A stretch of 64,000 nucleotides of DNA from an uncultured virus (IMG/VR IMGVR_UViG_3300001460_000017). Lineage: Duplodnaviria; Heunggongvirae; Uroviricota; Caudoviricetes. The translations under genes were made by a program, and so were the position numbers. Location of the stretch: the IMG/VR virus record IMGVR_UViG_3300001460_000017, one strand, 5' to 3'. The notes beneath the pieces are model-generated. The model did no database searches. It was not told where the DNA came from and worked only from the letters and a program-made list of their open reading frames with translations. Of this stretch, positions 17,945 through 27,310 are shown one piece after another (position 1 is the first letter of the stretch; each line of letters begins with the position of its first letter).

Positions 17945-18314
17945 AAAAGATAAAGACGAAGTTAAAGAAGTATGGAGTGTTAGTGAAGATTCTCTGTCAC
18001 CAGGCATTGCAGGTCCATCAGAAAGTATTACAATAAATTACGAAATGGATCCTATGGGAGTTACACCTTCAGGTATGATAGGAAGTGCACCGCTAGACTT
18101 TGGAGAAGATGCAGGTAAAGGTTTTGAAAATATGACATTTAAAGATTACTTACCTGGTAAACCTTTTGAAGACACAGTACCAACTTTAGAAACTATAGAT
18201 AAAGTGTGTGACGATTATCCTTCATTACAAATAGCATACGAAAAATTCAAGAACGTTTGGAGAATCTGTTATACAGATTACTGTTCTAAAAACCCAGATG
18301 AGGAGAACTATTAA
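17934..18314 (+). CDS. acidic hypothetical protein
   Basis: 126 aa ORF, GAGGAG SD. Confidence 0.65.
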   Translation: MASKKDKDEVKEVWSVSEDSLSPGIAGPSESITINYEMDPMGVTPSGMIGSAPLDFGEDAGKGFENMTFKDYLPGKPFEDTVPTLETIDKVCDDYPSLQIAYEKFKNVWRICYTDYCSKNPDEENY

Positions 18315-18763
18315 TGGACAATAAAGTTTATTTTACAATGATACAGATTCGAAACGGTATGGATAAAATCTGTGAGCAAATGGGTAAAGATGGATTTGAA
18401 CCTGACCTTGTTATGGGTATTAACAGAGGTGGATGTATTCCGGGTGTGTATATGAGTCATCGATTACATATACCACATGAAGCATTAGATGTTAGATTGA
18501 GAGATCATAAAGCAAAACCAGATTTACGTAATCTAGAAAAAGCCTATGCATTTCAAAAAAAAATATTGATAATAGACGACATTAATGATTCTGGTAATAC
18601 ATTCAAATTCATTCGTGAAAATTTTGGTGGAGAAGATAGAGTAAAAACAGCCGCAATCATACACAATGAGCCAAGCAAGTTTGACACATTAGATTATTGG
18701 TGCTATAATATAAACAAAGAGGAAAATCCGCAGTGGATTGTATTTCCTTGGGAACAGTGGTAA
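18314..18763 (+). CDS. purine phosphoribosyltransferase (Gpt-like)
   Basis: GINRGG, ILIIDDINDSGNT PRPP motif, WIVFPWE. Confidence 0.85.
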   Translation: MDNKVYFTMIQIRNGMDKICEQMGKDGFEPDLVMGINRGGCIPGVYMSHRLHIPHEALDVRLRDHKAKPDLRNLEKAYAFQKKILIIDDINDSGNTFKFIRENFGGEDRVKTAAIIHNEPSKFDTLDYWCYNINKEENPQWIVFPWEQW

Positions 18764-19146
18764 TGATAAAAGTAGACACATTAGAAAAAGCAAGAGAAGA
18801 TGGCAGAGCACCTTGGACTGACGTTGTATATGATTTTAAAGATATGATGTGGTACAATGACGGATATCCAGTTACAGAAGGACATTCTTTAATAGTGCCT
18901 AAAGAAGCAACACAAGAAAGACTTATTAGATGTGTTGAACTTGCAATTAAAATAGGCAATGACAATGTTGCCAAAGGTGTTGTTGACGGATACAATGTTG
19001 GGATCAATGTTGGTGAAGCGGCAGGACAAACTGTGATGTATCCACACGTTCATCTTATTCCTAGGAAAAAAGGTGATTGTGAAAATCCCAAAGGTGGTGT
19101 AAGGAATGTTATACCAGGCAAAGGGGATTACACAAAAAATGAATAA
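18763..19146 (+). CDS. HIT family nucleotide hydrolase
   Basis: Start re-called to ATG 18763; DGYPVTEGHSLIVPK, AAGQTVMYPHVHLIPR. Confidence 0.9.
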   Translation: MIKVDTLEKAREDGRAPWTDVVYDFKDMMWYNDGYPVTEGHSLIVPKEATQERLIRCVELAIKIGNDNVAKGVVDGYNVGINVGEAAGQTVMYPHVHLIPRKKGDCENPKGGVRNVIPGKGDYTKNE

Positions 19147-19705
19147 TGAACCATTTATCAAAGTTTATGATGATCTAATACCTGCTTATTTGCAAGATCA
19201 TCTTGAGTTAATTACATTAGGTGTTAAAAGCAAGGGTGAAGAGTTTATTGATCCCAGTGTTGATTTTAAATGCAAATATGAAGTAACTGCTAAAGAAACA
19301 AATCAACCGCCATTAAGTTTTGTACATTTGCTTAAATCACATACATCAATCAGTAAACATCTTGATAATTTCGGAATGGTGGCTCAGGCTTTGTGCAATG
19401 TAAATGATTTAATATTGCAAAATATTATGTTAGCAAGAGTGTTTATCACAGTGCCACACCAAACAGATTTAAAACATTATGCACCTCACATTGATATAGA
19501 AGTTGAACACATGGTTGTGATTTATTTTATTAATGATGCTGATGGTGATACAGTATTTTTTGACAATGATGGAAAAATTATAAAATCAGTTGAACCAAGA
19601 AAAGGTAGAGCAATTATCTTTGATGGTAAAATAAAGCATGGAGGCGGTATTCCTAAAAACGGCCCACGTTGTATTGCAAACTTTGATTTAAAGGTAAAAC
19701 AATGA
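19139..19705 (+). CDS. 2OG-Fe(II) oxygenase
   Basis: Start re-called; PHID...KHGG...R; DGDTVFF. Confidence 0.75.
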   Translation: MNNEPFIKVYDDLIPAYLQDHLELITLGVKSKGEEFIDPSVDFKCKYEVTAKETNQPPLSFVHLLKSHTSISKHLDNFGMVAQALCNVNDLILQNIMLARVFITVPHQTDLKHYAPHIDIEVEHMVVIYFINDADGDTVFFDNDGKIIKSVEPRKGRAIIFDGKIKHGGGIPKNGPRCIANFDLKVKQ

Positions 19706-20520
19706 GTAGAACACTTTTTATAGGCGATAGCCACACAGTAGGATATAAGACCATTGAAGGAAAAATTGGTCCTGGCAGTTTTACGTTCTGGAACGAAAAC
19801 AATTATGCAGTAAAATATTCTGAAATACACAACAAGGATATTGTAATTTATGCACAACCTGGTGCAACAAATAATCTATACACAACTTGGTTGGCTAATA
19901 TGTTTTCTAAATACAATGATATAGATGAAGTGTTTATATGTTTGGCTCCGTTGAACAGAATAGAATTAAGTTTCGATCCTGATTTAAAGCATGAAGCAGA
20001 TCCATTAGATCAATTTACATACGAACATCCAGAGTCAACTGAAAATGTTAGAAAATTTTCTGATCAACCTGTGGCAGGAAACACTGTGCAAATATTACAA
20101 AAGCCTGTGGGAGATGATTATAAAAAGATACCAAGCATTGGATTTTCAGCAGACCATGGATTAACGTCACCCGATTTAAGAAAAGATTCTTATATGTCTG
20201 TGAAACTGTTTTATGAATGCAATACAGTGATAGAAAAAAGAGAATTTTTAAAAAATATGTATATGTGGGATAAGATGTGTACAGAAAACAACGCAAAGTT
20301 GTATGTGTTTAATTTTAGAAGCAGAGGTGTATGGCCCAGTGATACAGATTATTTTGGTAAGATTGATACCATGAAAAGAGCGAACCAGAGTGTGGAACAA
20401 CATCTAAATACATTAGGACATAAAGCAGAAGATTATTTTATTGAAGACAAAGAACATTTTAACAATCAATATCATAAATTGATAGCAACAGAATATTTGA
20501 AATGGCTAAAAGAATACTAA
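19702..20520 (+). CDS. SGNH/GDSL-like hydrolase or acyltransferase
   Basis: FIGDSHT, PGATN, DKEHFN. Confidence 0.65.
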   Translation: MSRTLFIGDSHTVGYKTIEGKIGPGSFTFWNENNYAVKYSEIHNKDIVIYAQPGATNNLYTTWLANMFSKYNDIDEVFICLAPLNRIELSFDPDLKHEADPLDQFTYEHPESTENVRKFSDQPVAGNTVQILQKPVGDDYKKIPSIGFSADHGLTSPDLRKDSYMSVKLFYECNTVIEKREFLKNMYMWDKMCTENNAKLYVFNFRSRGVWPSDTDYFGKIDTMKRANQSVEQHLNTLGHKAEDYFIEDKEHFNNQYHKLIATEYLKWLKEY

Positions 20521-21110
20521 TAGCAGGCGACAGTTTTGGTTGTGAATGGCCCAACGGTGAAGGAATAGGTTGGCCTCTTATACTGTCTGAAACTCATGCT
20601 GTAAACAATGTGGCTCAGGCTGGTGTAGGTGAATACAAAATACTGAAACAATTACACAATGTAAGTGCTCAAGATTCCTATTGGGTTAACAACTATGATT
20701 GCGTGGTTGTGTGTCATACCAGTCCTAGTAGAATACACACACCTAAACATCCTGTACACAAACAAGGTTTACATGAAAACTGCGATTTAATATATTCCGA
20801 TATCGCAAACAAATTTGACTGGTTCAATCCTAGATTGAAAACTGCTAAAAATTGGTTTTATCATCATTACGATGACGAATACCAAAAAGACCTATACCAA
20901 ATTACACGTGAAGAAATAAATCGATTTATTACAATACCATATTTGGCAGTAGATAATTTCAGCATTAGCAACCAATTTGCTGGCGAAAATCATACACTAG
21001 ATTTAACAGATATTTGGCCCGAACACAGAGGAGAGATCAACCACTACACTCCCGAAGGAAACCAAATTGTGCTTAAACAAATCATTGACAAATTGGATAA
21101 AATTTGTTAA
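20502..21110 (+). CDS. SGNH-like hydrolase
   Basis: IAGDSFG, AQAGVG, INHYTPEGN. Confidence 0.65.
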   Translation: MAKRILIAGDSFGCEWPNGEGIGWPLILSETHAVNNVAQAGVGEYKILKQLHNVSAQDSYWVNNYDCVVVCHTSPSRIHTPKHPVHKQGLHENCDLIYSDIANKFDWFNPRLKTAKNWFYHHYDDEYQKDLYQITREEINRFITIPYLAVDNFSISNQFAGENHTLDLTDIWPEHRGEINHYTPEGNQIVLKQIIDKLDKIC

Positions 21111-21113
21111 TAT
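21085..21113 (+). promoter_or_regulatory. sigma70-type promoter
   Basis: TTGACA-17 nt-TAATAT. Confidence 0.55.
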
Positions 21114-21139
21114 AGTAATAACAGAGGAGAAATAAAACT

Positions 21140-21352
21140 ATGGCAAGTAGACAAAATATATATGATGCAATGGTGGCACACGCCAAAGGACATATAGAAA
21201 AACACGTAACAAATGTGCAAATCTATATGGAAAAGGCTGTGGGAATTGGTGAACACGGAGACATTCTTGAAACTATAGAAAAAGAATTAAAAGTGATTGC
21301 TGAATATCATGATCAATTAGAAGTTTTAGAAAAATATATCAAGAGGGACTAA
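21140..21352 (+). CDS. small hypothetical protein
   Basis: 70 aa, GAGGAG SD. Confidence 0.7.
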   Translation: MASRQNIYDAMVAHAKGHIEKHVTNVQIYMEKAVGIGEHGDILETIEKELKVIAEYHDQLEVLEKYIKRD

Positions 21353-22026
21353 TGAAAGCATCAGAACGAATAAGACAAAGGCTTAAGGAAAAAGATATTA
21401 GATTTCACAGTAATGATAATATCGCTGATTTTGTAGAACAAGGTGAACTGGAAGAACTTCAAAAAGAGGTTGAAGAAAATTTTGCAGGAGTTCTTGATGC
21501 ATTGGTGATTGATACTGAAAATGATCACAACACAAAAGAAACTGCAAGACGTGTTGCTAAAATGTACATAAAAGAAATATTTGGTGGTAGATTTGTTCAA
21601 CCGCCTAAAGTTACTTCTTTTCCTAATATGGGATATAGAAGTTTATACACTAGCGGTCCGATTAGTGTTAAGTCCACGTGTGCTCACCATTTTCAGAACA
21701 TTGTAGGAAAATGTTGGGTTGGTGTATTACCGGAGAAGGAAGTAATAGGACTTTCTAAATTTAATAGAATAGTTCATCATATTGCTGAAAGACCTCAGAT
21801 ACAAGAAGAAATGACAACACAGATTGCTGAAGCATTACAAAAATATGCAAAAACTCCTAACGTGGCTGTATTGATAAAAGCAGAGCATCATTGCATGACA
21901 CACAGAGGTGTAAGAGAACATGAATCTGATATGACTACTGCTATCATGCTAGGTGCATTTGATAGCCATGCTCCTCTTAAGAAAGAGTTTTATGATATTT
22001 GTATGAGCATGAAAGGTCATGACTAA
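21352..22026 (+). CDS. folE: GTP cyclohydrolase I
   Basis: ETARRVAKMY, STCAHH, GLSKFNR, RPQIQE, HHCMTHRG. Confidence 0.95.
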   Translation: MKASERIRQRLKEKDIRFHSNDNIADFVEQGELEELQKEVEENFAGVLDALVIDTENDHNTKETARRVAKMYIKEIFGGRFVQPPKVTSFPNMGYRSLYTSGPISVKSTCAHHFQNIVGKCWVGVLPEKEVIGLSKFNRIVHHIAERPQIQEEMTTQIAEALQKYAKTPNVAVLIKAEHHCMTHRGVREHESDMTTAIMLGAFDSHAPLKKEFYDICMSMKGHD

Positions 22027-22915
22027 ACTTAGATATTCAGAAGCATTTTACTCTGTACAGGGCGAAGGACGTTTTGTTGGAGTACCAAGTGTGTTCTTAC
22101 GAACATTCGGTTGTAACTTTCGTTGTATGAATTTTGGTTTGGCTAAAGAACCAAATAGAGCAGAAAAACTCAAACAAGGAATAAAATACAATCCGGAAGT
22201 TAAAGAGTTATTGGACGCAGGGATAACTGACAAAGTGGAAAAGTTTGAAGACTTGCCAATAATACATACAGGCTGTGACACTTATGCCAGTATATACCCT
22301 GAGTTCAAAAAGTTTATGATGGACAAGACGGTTGACGAAGTGGTGGATCATGTGTTATCATTAACTCCTGAAGGCAAGTGGACTATGTCTAATGGACAAG
22401 ATGTACACTTTATATTAACAGGCGGTGAGCCTTTGTTGGGATGGCAGAGGTTTTATGTAGAATTATTTGAACATCCAAGAATGAAGGATTTAAAAAATGT
22501 TACTTTCGAGACAAATACAACGCAGACTTTACACAAGGATTTTGAAGACTATCTTAGAAAACAAGACAAATTCGAAGTCACTTGGAGTTGCTCTCCGAAA
22601 CTTTCCGTATCGGGTGAGCCTTGGAACACTGCTATCAAACCTGAAATTGCTAGGTCTTATAACGGGATTCCTAATAGTAAAATGTATTTCAAATTTGTGG
22701 TCGCTGATGCTTCCGATGTTGACGAAGTTTCAAAAGCAGTTGCCGAGTACAATCAAGTGGGAATCAACGTTCCCGTTTATGTCATGCCACTGGGAGGAAG
22801 ATCAGAAGAGTACAAACTTAACACAAAAAACGTTGCCGAACTTGCAATGGCAAGAGGATGGAGATACACTCCAAGACTACACGTCGACATATTCGGAAAT
22901 GCCTGGGGGACTTGA
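22019..22915 (+). CDS. queE: 7-carboxy-7-deazaguanine synthase (radical SAM)
   Basis: FYSVQGEG, FLRTFGCNFRC...(long insert)...GCDT, TGGEP, ETN, SPK, RLH. Confidence 0.9.
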   Translation: MTKLRYSEAFYSVQGEGRFVGVPSVFLRTFGCNFRCMNFGLAKEPNRAEKLKQGIKYNPEVKELLDAGITDKVEKFEDLPIIHTGCDTYASIYPEFKKFMMDKTVDEVVDHVLSLTPEGKWTMSNGQDVHFILTGGEPLLGWQRFYVELFEHPRMKDLKNVTFETNTTQTLHKDFEDYLRKQDKFEVTWSCSPKLSVSGEPWNTAIKPEIARSYNGIPNSKMYFKFVVADASDVDEVSKAVAEYNQVGINVPVYVMPLGGRSEEYKLNTKNVAELAMARGWRYTPRLHVDIFGNAWGT

Positions 22916-22947
22916 TAAGATAAACAAAGACAAAATGGAGAACAAAA

Positions 22948-23343
22948 ATGGACATAATTAAAAAAATTAAACAAGTAAAGGACAAGTTTATTAAGAAGAA
23001 AGAAACAACTTCTGAAGAAACTAGTAAAAATCCAAAGTTAGAAGCACTAATGAAAGAAAAAGAACAAGCAACAGCAAAAGGAGAACCTTGGGTTGCTGTG
23101 TTAGATACAAAAATTAATCAGGAAAACATTAGAAATGGATTCTTTGAATTAGATTGGAACAATGAATTCATAGAAAAATTGTTGGACGCAGGATATAAAG
23201 GCGAATCAAATGAACAAATAGTAGATGGTTGGTTCAGAACAATAGCCCAAAACATTCTTCAAGAAGAAGGATTAGATCCAACAAGAGGTGCTGGATACAT
23301 TAATACTAAAAATTTAAGTGACGATAAGTCAGAAATAAGTTAA
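22948..23343 (+). CDS. hypothetical protein
   Basis: 131 aa, GGAG SD. Confidence 0.7.
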   Translation: MDIIKKIKQVKDKFIKKKETTSEETSKNPKLEALMKEKEQATAKGEPWVAVLDTKINQENIRNGFFELDWNNEFIEKLLDAGYKGESNEQIVDGWFRTIAQNILQEEGLDPTRGAGYINTKNLSDDKSEIS

Positions 23344-23353
23344 GGAGATAAAA

Positions 23354-23584
23354 ATGACAGACTCAGAAGAGAAGCAAAGAGCACTAGACGCCTCGATGGA
23401 AAACGAGAGTGTGGGACATAAAGACAACTATGGTCCTATGGTGCAAATATCAATCAAAGAGTATGATAGGTTGAAAGAGAAACAACACTACATCACTGAC
23501 AAAGGATGTATTGATATCATAGACAACATAGAAAGACTCACAAGAGCATTGAGAAAACATATTGTAAGAACAGATATTGAATAA
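23354..23584 (+). CDS. hypothetical protein
   Basis: 76 aa, AGGAG SD. Confidence 0.6.
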   Translation: MTDSEEKQRALDASMENESVGHKDNYGPMVQISIKEYDRLKEKQHYITDKGCIDIIDNIERLTRALRKHIVRTDIE

Positions 23585-24582
23585 TGAATTATATAATTGT
23601 AGACACAGCCAATACATTTTTTAGAGCCAAACACGCAATACAGAGTGATTTGGATTCTAAGATAGGAATGGCTCTACATATTACATTAAACAGTATTCGT
23701 AAAGTATGGCAAGATTTTAAAGGTGACCATGTTGTATTTTGTTTGGAAGGTAGAAGTTGGCGTAAAGACTTTTATGAACCTTATAAACGTAATAGAAAAA
23801 ATGCTAGAGATGCCAGAACAGAAAAAGAAGTTGAAGAAGATTTAGTATTTTGGGAAACATTTGATAATTTCAAAGAATTTATAGACACAAAAACAAACTG
23901 CACTGCTATTCAGAATCCTCAACTTGAAGCAGATGATTTAATTGCAGGCTGGGTACAATCACACCCTAATGACAATCATATTATTGTTTCAACAGATGGC
24001 GACTTTGCTCAATTGATTGCTCCTAATGTGTGTCAGTATAACGGCATAACTGAAGTTACAATCACTCATGAAGGATATTTTGACGCAAAAGGAAATAGAG
24101 TAATAGATAAAAAGACTAAAGAAGAAAAACCTGCTCCAAATCCACAATGGTTACTGTTTGAAAAATGTATGAGAGGCGATACTGCTGATAATGTATTTTC
24201 CGCATATCCAGGTGTGCGTACAAAAGGAACTAAAAAGAAGGTTGGTTTACAAGATGCATTCGAAGACAGAGATTCTAAAGGATACAACTGGAATAACATG
24301 ATGCTACAACGTTGGGTTGATCACAATGGCGACGAGCATAGAGTTATGGAAGACTTTCAAAGAAATGTAACTTTGTGTGACTTGACAGCACAACCTAAGG
24401 ATATAAGAACATTGATTGAGGATACTATCAACAATGTTAAACCTAAAACTGTTGAACAAGTAGGATTAAAATTAATAAAATTTTGTGCTAAATGGGATAT
24501 GCAAAAAATTGCAGAATATCCACAAACATATGCAGAACCATTAAATGCAAAATATAAACTTAAAGAGGAGGCAACAGCATGA
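23584..24582 (+). CDS. rnh: RNase H / 5'-3' flap exonuclease (T4 rnh-like)
   Basis: IVDTAN, WRKDFY..YK.NR, EADD, STDGDFAQL, GDTADN. Confidence 0.9.
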   Translation: MNYIIVDTANTFFRAKHAIQSDLDSKIGMALHITLNSIRKVWQDFKGDHVVFCLEGRSWRKDFYEPYKRNRKNARDARTEKEVEEDLVFWETFDNFKEFIDTKTNCTAIQNPQLEADDLIAGWVQSHPNDNHIIVSTDGDFAQLIAPNVCQYNGITEVTITHEGYFDAKGNRVIDKKTKEEKPAPNPQWLLFEKCMRGDTADNVFSAYPGVRTKGTKKKVGLQDAFEDRDSKGYNWNNMMLQRWVDHNGDEHRVMEDFQRNVTLCDLTAQPKDIRTLIEDTINNVKPKTVEQVGLKLIKFCAKWDMQKIAEYPQTYAEPLNAKYKLKEEATA

Positions 24583-25076
24583 CAAATAAATTTTTTGCAA
24601 AGCCGATATTAGAGAACAGATTCTGGATATTAGAATCTGATGGAGAAAAAGTAGGAACTATATGTAGACAAGAAGATAGAAGATATATGTTTAGTTGTTC
24701 CGATGGTACTAGAATATTCGACACTCAACAACAACTTCAAATGAATTTTAATGGAGAATGGATGTGGGGTTCATCAATTAGTGCTCCAAAAGAAGAAAAA
24801 GAAAATGAAGATAATTCAGTTTATGATTATCCGTCAAAGTTTAAACCTTATAATATGGTGTTTGATGTAAAACGTAAATTACCATTGTTTAATAAAAGCA
24901 AAAAATCAAAAAGTTTATACTGTGCTGGATACTATGTTATTCAGTTTGAAAAAGGTTGGGTAAGAAGTTATTGTCCTAAATTATTAACATTGGACAGTTA
25001 TCCTTTTAAAGGCCCATTTAGAACATCATTAGAAATGAAAACGGAGTTAAGCAATGCCAACAAACGAACCTATTAA
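24579..25076 (+). CDS. hypothetical protein
   Basis: 165 aa, GAGGAGG SD. Confidence 0.7.
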   Translation: MTNKFFAKPILENRFWILESDGEKVGTICRQEDRRYMFSCSDGTRIFDTQQQLQMNFNGEWMWGSSISAPKEEKENEDNSVYDYPSKFKPYNMVFDVKRKLPLFNKSKKSKSLYCAGYYVIQFEKGWVRSYCPKLLTLDSYPFKGPFRTSLEMKTELSNANKRTY

Positions 25077-25293
25077 CACAGCCAGTTTACAACAATTTAT
25101 ACAACAAGTTAAAGGTGCTGACCTCAGCAACCAAAAAGAAGTGCGTTTAGACATCAATACAGCCAAGCAAGTCACGTATAGCCTAGCAACAGTGTTGGCC
25201 CGTTTAGCGGGTAACTATGAGGGTCTAATGACACAAAAAACTACCGCTGAAGCCGAAGCAATTGAAATAAAAGTAGACGGCGGTAATCTTTAA
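25054..25293 (+). CDS. hypothetical protein
   Basis: 79 aa, GGAG SD. Confidence 0.65.
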   Translation: MPTNEPINTASLQQFIQQVKGADLSNQKEVRLDINTAKQVTYSLATVLARLAGNYEGLMTQKTTAEAEAIEIKVDGGNL

Positions 25294-25326
25294 TACTACC
25301 ATAAAATAGATAAATACTCATATAAC

Positions 25327-25617
25327 ATGAGTAGACCTAAACCGACTATTTTACTGGAATTCACTGATCGCAAATCTTACAAGAGCGAACAGGTACTTGC
25401 GGCTGAAGGTATATGGGCAGTATTCTACAAACAAAAACCATTCAATTTAAAATCAGCAAATATGCTGAATAACTACCCGGGTCCAAAATACAAAAAAGTA
25501 TCGTTTTCAAATCCTGGACACGCATTCAATCTAGCGAAGAAATTGAACACCATGTTCAACACTGAAGACTTCACAGTGGTCAAATTGACCCAGGGTGAAA
25601 CAGTCAGTGAAAAATGA
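25327..25617 (+). CDS. hypothetical protein
   Basis: 96 aa; ATAAATA at 25310-25316. Confidence 0.7.
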   Translation: MSRPKPTILLEFTDRKSYKSEQVLAAEGIWAVFYKQKPFNLKSANMLNNYPGPKYKKVSFSNPGHAFNLAKKLNTMFNTEDFTVVKLTQGETVSEK

Positions 25618-26003
25618 ACTGGAAAGAAACCTACACCAAAATATTCTTAAAACAGGCTGAAATAGGTATCAGCGAAAATACTCTAAAAGAGTATATGCCA
25701 ACTTGGTGGAAGAACACTAGGGACAAAGGTTCAGGAGGTTTACGATTGACTGATGCTGGTTTGGAGTTTATTAAAGAAAGGTTACAACTACAAACATATG
25801 ATGTACCATTTCCTATTGATTTTAATCTTACCACTCAAACTATAATATTCCTAGACAAATATATAAACTGTCCTTACTACCTAGCAGATGATGGTGTAAT
25901 TGTTACCAACGAAAAGAAAGCAATGGAATTAATGTTGTTTTCTGGAGATATCCGAAAATATGGTATCAATAAAGCACTTTCTAGGCTAGAAACATCAGAA
26001 TAA
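25614..26003 (+). CDS. hypothetical protein
   Basis: 129 aa, ATGA overlap. Confidence 0.7.
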   Translation: MNWKETYTKIFLKQAEIGISENTLKEYMPTWWKNTRDKGSGGLRLTDAGLEFIKERLQLQTYDVPFPIDFNLTTQTIIFLDKYINCPYYLADDGVIVTNEKKAMELMLFSGDIRKYGINKALSRLETSE

Positions 26004-26050
26004 GTTATCCACAGACGCTAGAACCCGCATAAACCTTGACTTCTTCACGG

Positions 26051-26079
26051 TTGACTTTTGGAGTACCAGAATGTATTAT
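26051..26079 (+). promoter_or_regulatory. sigma70-type promoter
   Basis: TTGACT-17 nt-TATTAT. Confidence 0.65.
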
Positions 26080-26112
26080 TAAGTATAACAACAAATTAAC
26101 GAGGAGTACAAA

Positions 26113-27225
26113 ATGGTAAAACAAAGTAAAACACAAGATGCTGGTCTTACAAGCAGACAACTTTCGCCTAATAAAGCAAAGGCAAGTATCTTACACGCAT
26201 TAAAAATCAAAAGACCAATATTTTTATGGGGCGGCCCAGGTATTGGTAAATCAGATGTTATTCACCAAATTGGTAAAGATATCAATGCCAAAGTAATTGA
26301 TATTAGATTAAGTTTATGGGAGCCTACAGATATTAAAGGTATTCCTTATTACAATTCTAAAGAAAACAATATGACTTGGGCAAGTCCGTCAGAGTTGCCT
26401 ACACAGGCATTGGCTAAAAAGCACAAAAATATGATATTGTTTTTAGATGAGATGAATTCTGCGGCACCTTCAGTACAGGCGGCGGCATACCAACTTATAT
26501 TGAACAGAAGAGTAGGTCAATATGAATTGCCTGACAATGTATTGATTGTAGCGGCTGGTAACAGAGAGGCAGACAAAGGTGTTGTATATAGAATGCCTGC
26601 TCCGTTGGCAAACAGATTTATCCACTTAGAAATGAAAGCAGAATTTGAAGACTGGTTTGAATGGTCAGTGGCTAACAATGTGAACAAAGACGTTGTTGGA
26701 TATCTAACTTTTAGCAAAAAGGACCTGTATGACTTTGATCCTAAGTCACCAAGTAGGTCGTTTGCTACTCCGAGATCTTGGTCATTTGTGAGTGAATTAC
26801 TTTCAGATGATTTAGATGAAAACACTATAACTGACTTGGTCAGTGGTGCAGTGGGTGAAGGACTTGCAGTTAAGTTCATGGCTCACAGAAAGGTGGCTTC
26901 ACAGTTACCTAATCCTTCAGACATACTTGAAGGTAAAATAACAGATCTGAAATCGAAAGAAATATCAGCAATGTACTCGCTTACGGTTTCACTATGTTAT
27001 GAACTCAAAGAAGCAAATGACAAAAAAGATAAGAAGTTTAATGACAAAGTTAATAAATTTCTTAGATTTATGATGGATAATTTTGATACAGAACTTGTTG
27101 TTATGGGTATCAAGATGGCATTAACTCAGTATCAATTACCGATTGATCCTGATGCTGTCAAATGTTTTGATGAATTCCACGAAAAATACGGCAAATATAT
27201 TACTGCCGCTCAAAGCATCAAATAA
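26113..27225 (+). CDS. MoxR-like AAA+ ATPase
   Basis: Walker A GGPGIGKS, Walker B LFLDE, AAGN, PLANRF, TPRSW. Confidence 0.9.
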   Translation: MVKQSKTQDAGLTSRQLSPNKAKASILHALKIKRPIFLWGGPGIGKSDVIHQIGKDINAKVIDIRLSLWEPTDIKGIPYYNSKENNMTWASPSELPTQALAKKHKNMILFLDEMNSAAPSVQAAAYQLILNRRVGQYELPDNVLIVAAGNREADKGVVYRMPAPLANRFIHLEMKAEFEDWFEWSVANNVNKDVVGYLTFSKKDLYDFDPKSPSRSFATPRSWSFVSELLSDDLDENTITDLVSGAVGEGLAVKFMAHRKVASQLPNPSDILEGKITDLKSKEISAMYSLTVSLCYELKEANDKKDKKFNDKVNKFLRFMMDNFDTELVVMGIKMALTQYQLPIDPDAVKCFDEFHEKYGKYITAAQSIK

Positions 27226-27235
27226 TAGTGTTGAA

Positions 27236-27264
27236 TATAGGGCACTTTTTACCGGTGCCCTATA
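27236..27264 (+). terminator. intergenic hairpin (terminator or mRNA stabiliser)
   Basis: TATAGGGCAC-9 nt loop-GTGCCCTATA, perfect 10 bp stem; no U tract on +. Confidence 0.5.
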
Positions 27265-27275
27265 CCAAAAAAGAG

Positions 27276-27304
27276 TTGACTAATTTACCAAAAGAAAGTA
27301 TAAT
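27276..27304 (+). promoter_or_regulatory. sigma70-type promoter (leaderless)
   Basis: TTGACT-17 nt-TATAAT; ATG at 27311, no SD. Confidence 0.75.
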
Positions 27305-27310
27305 AGTATT

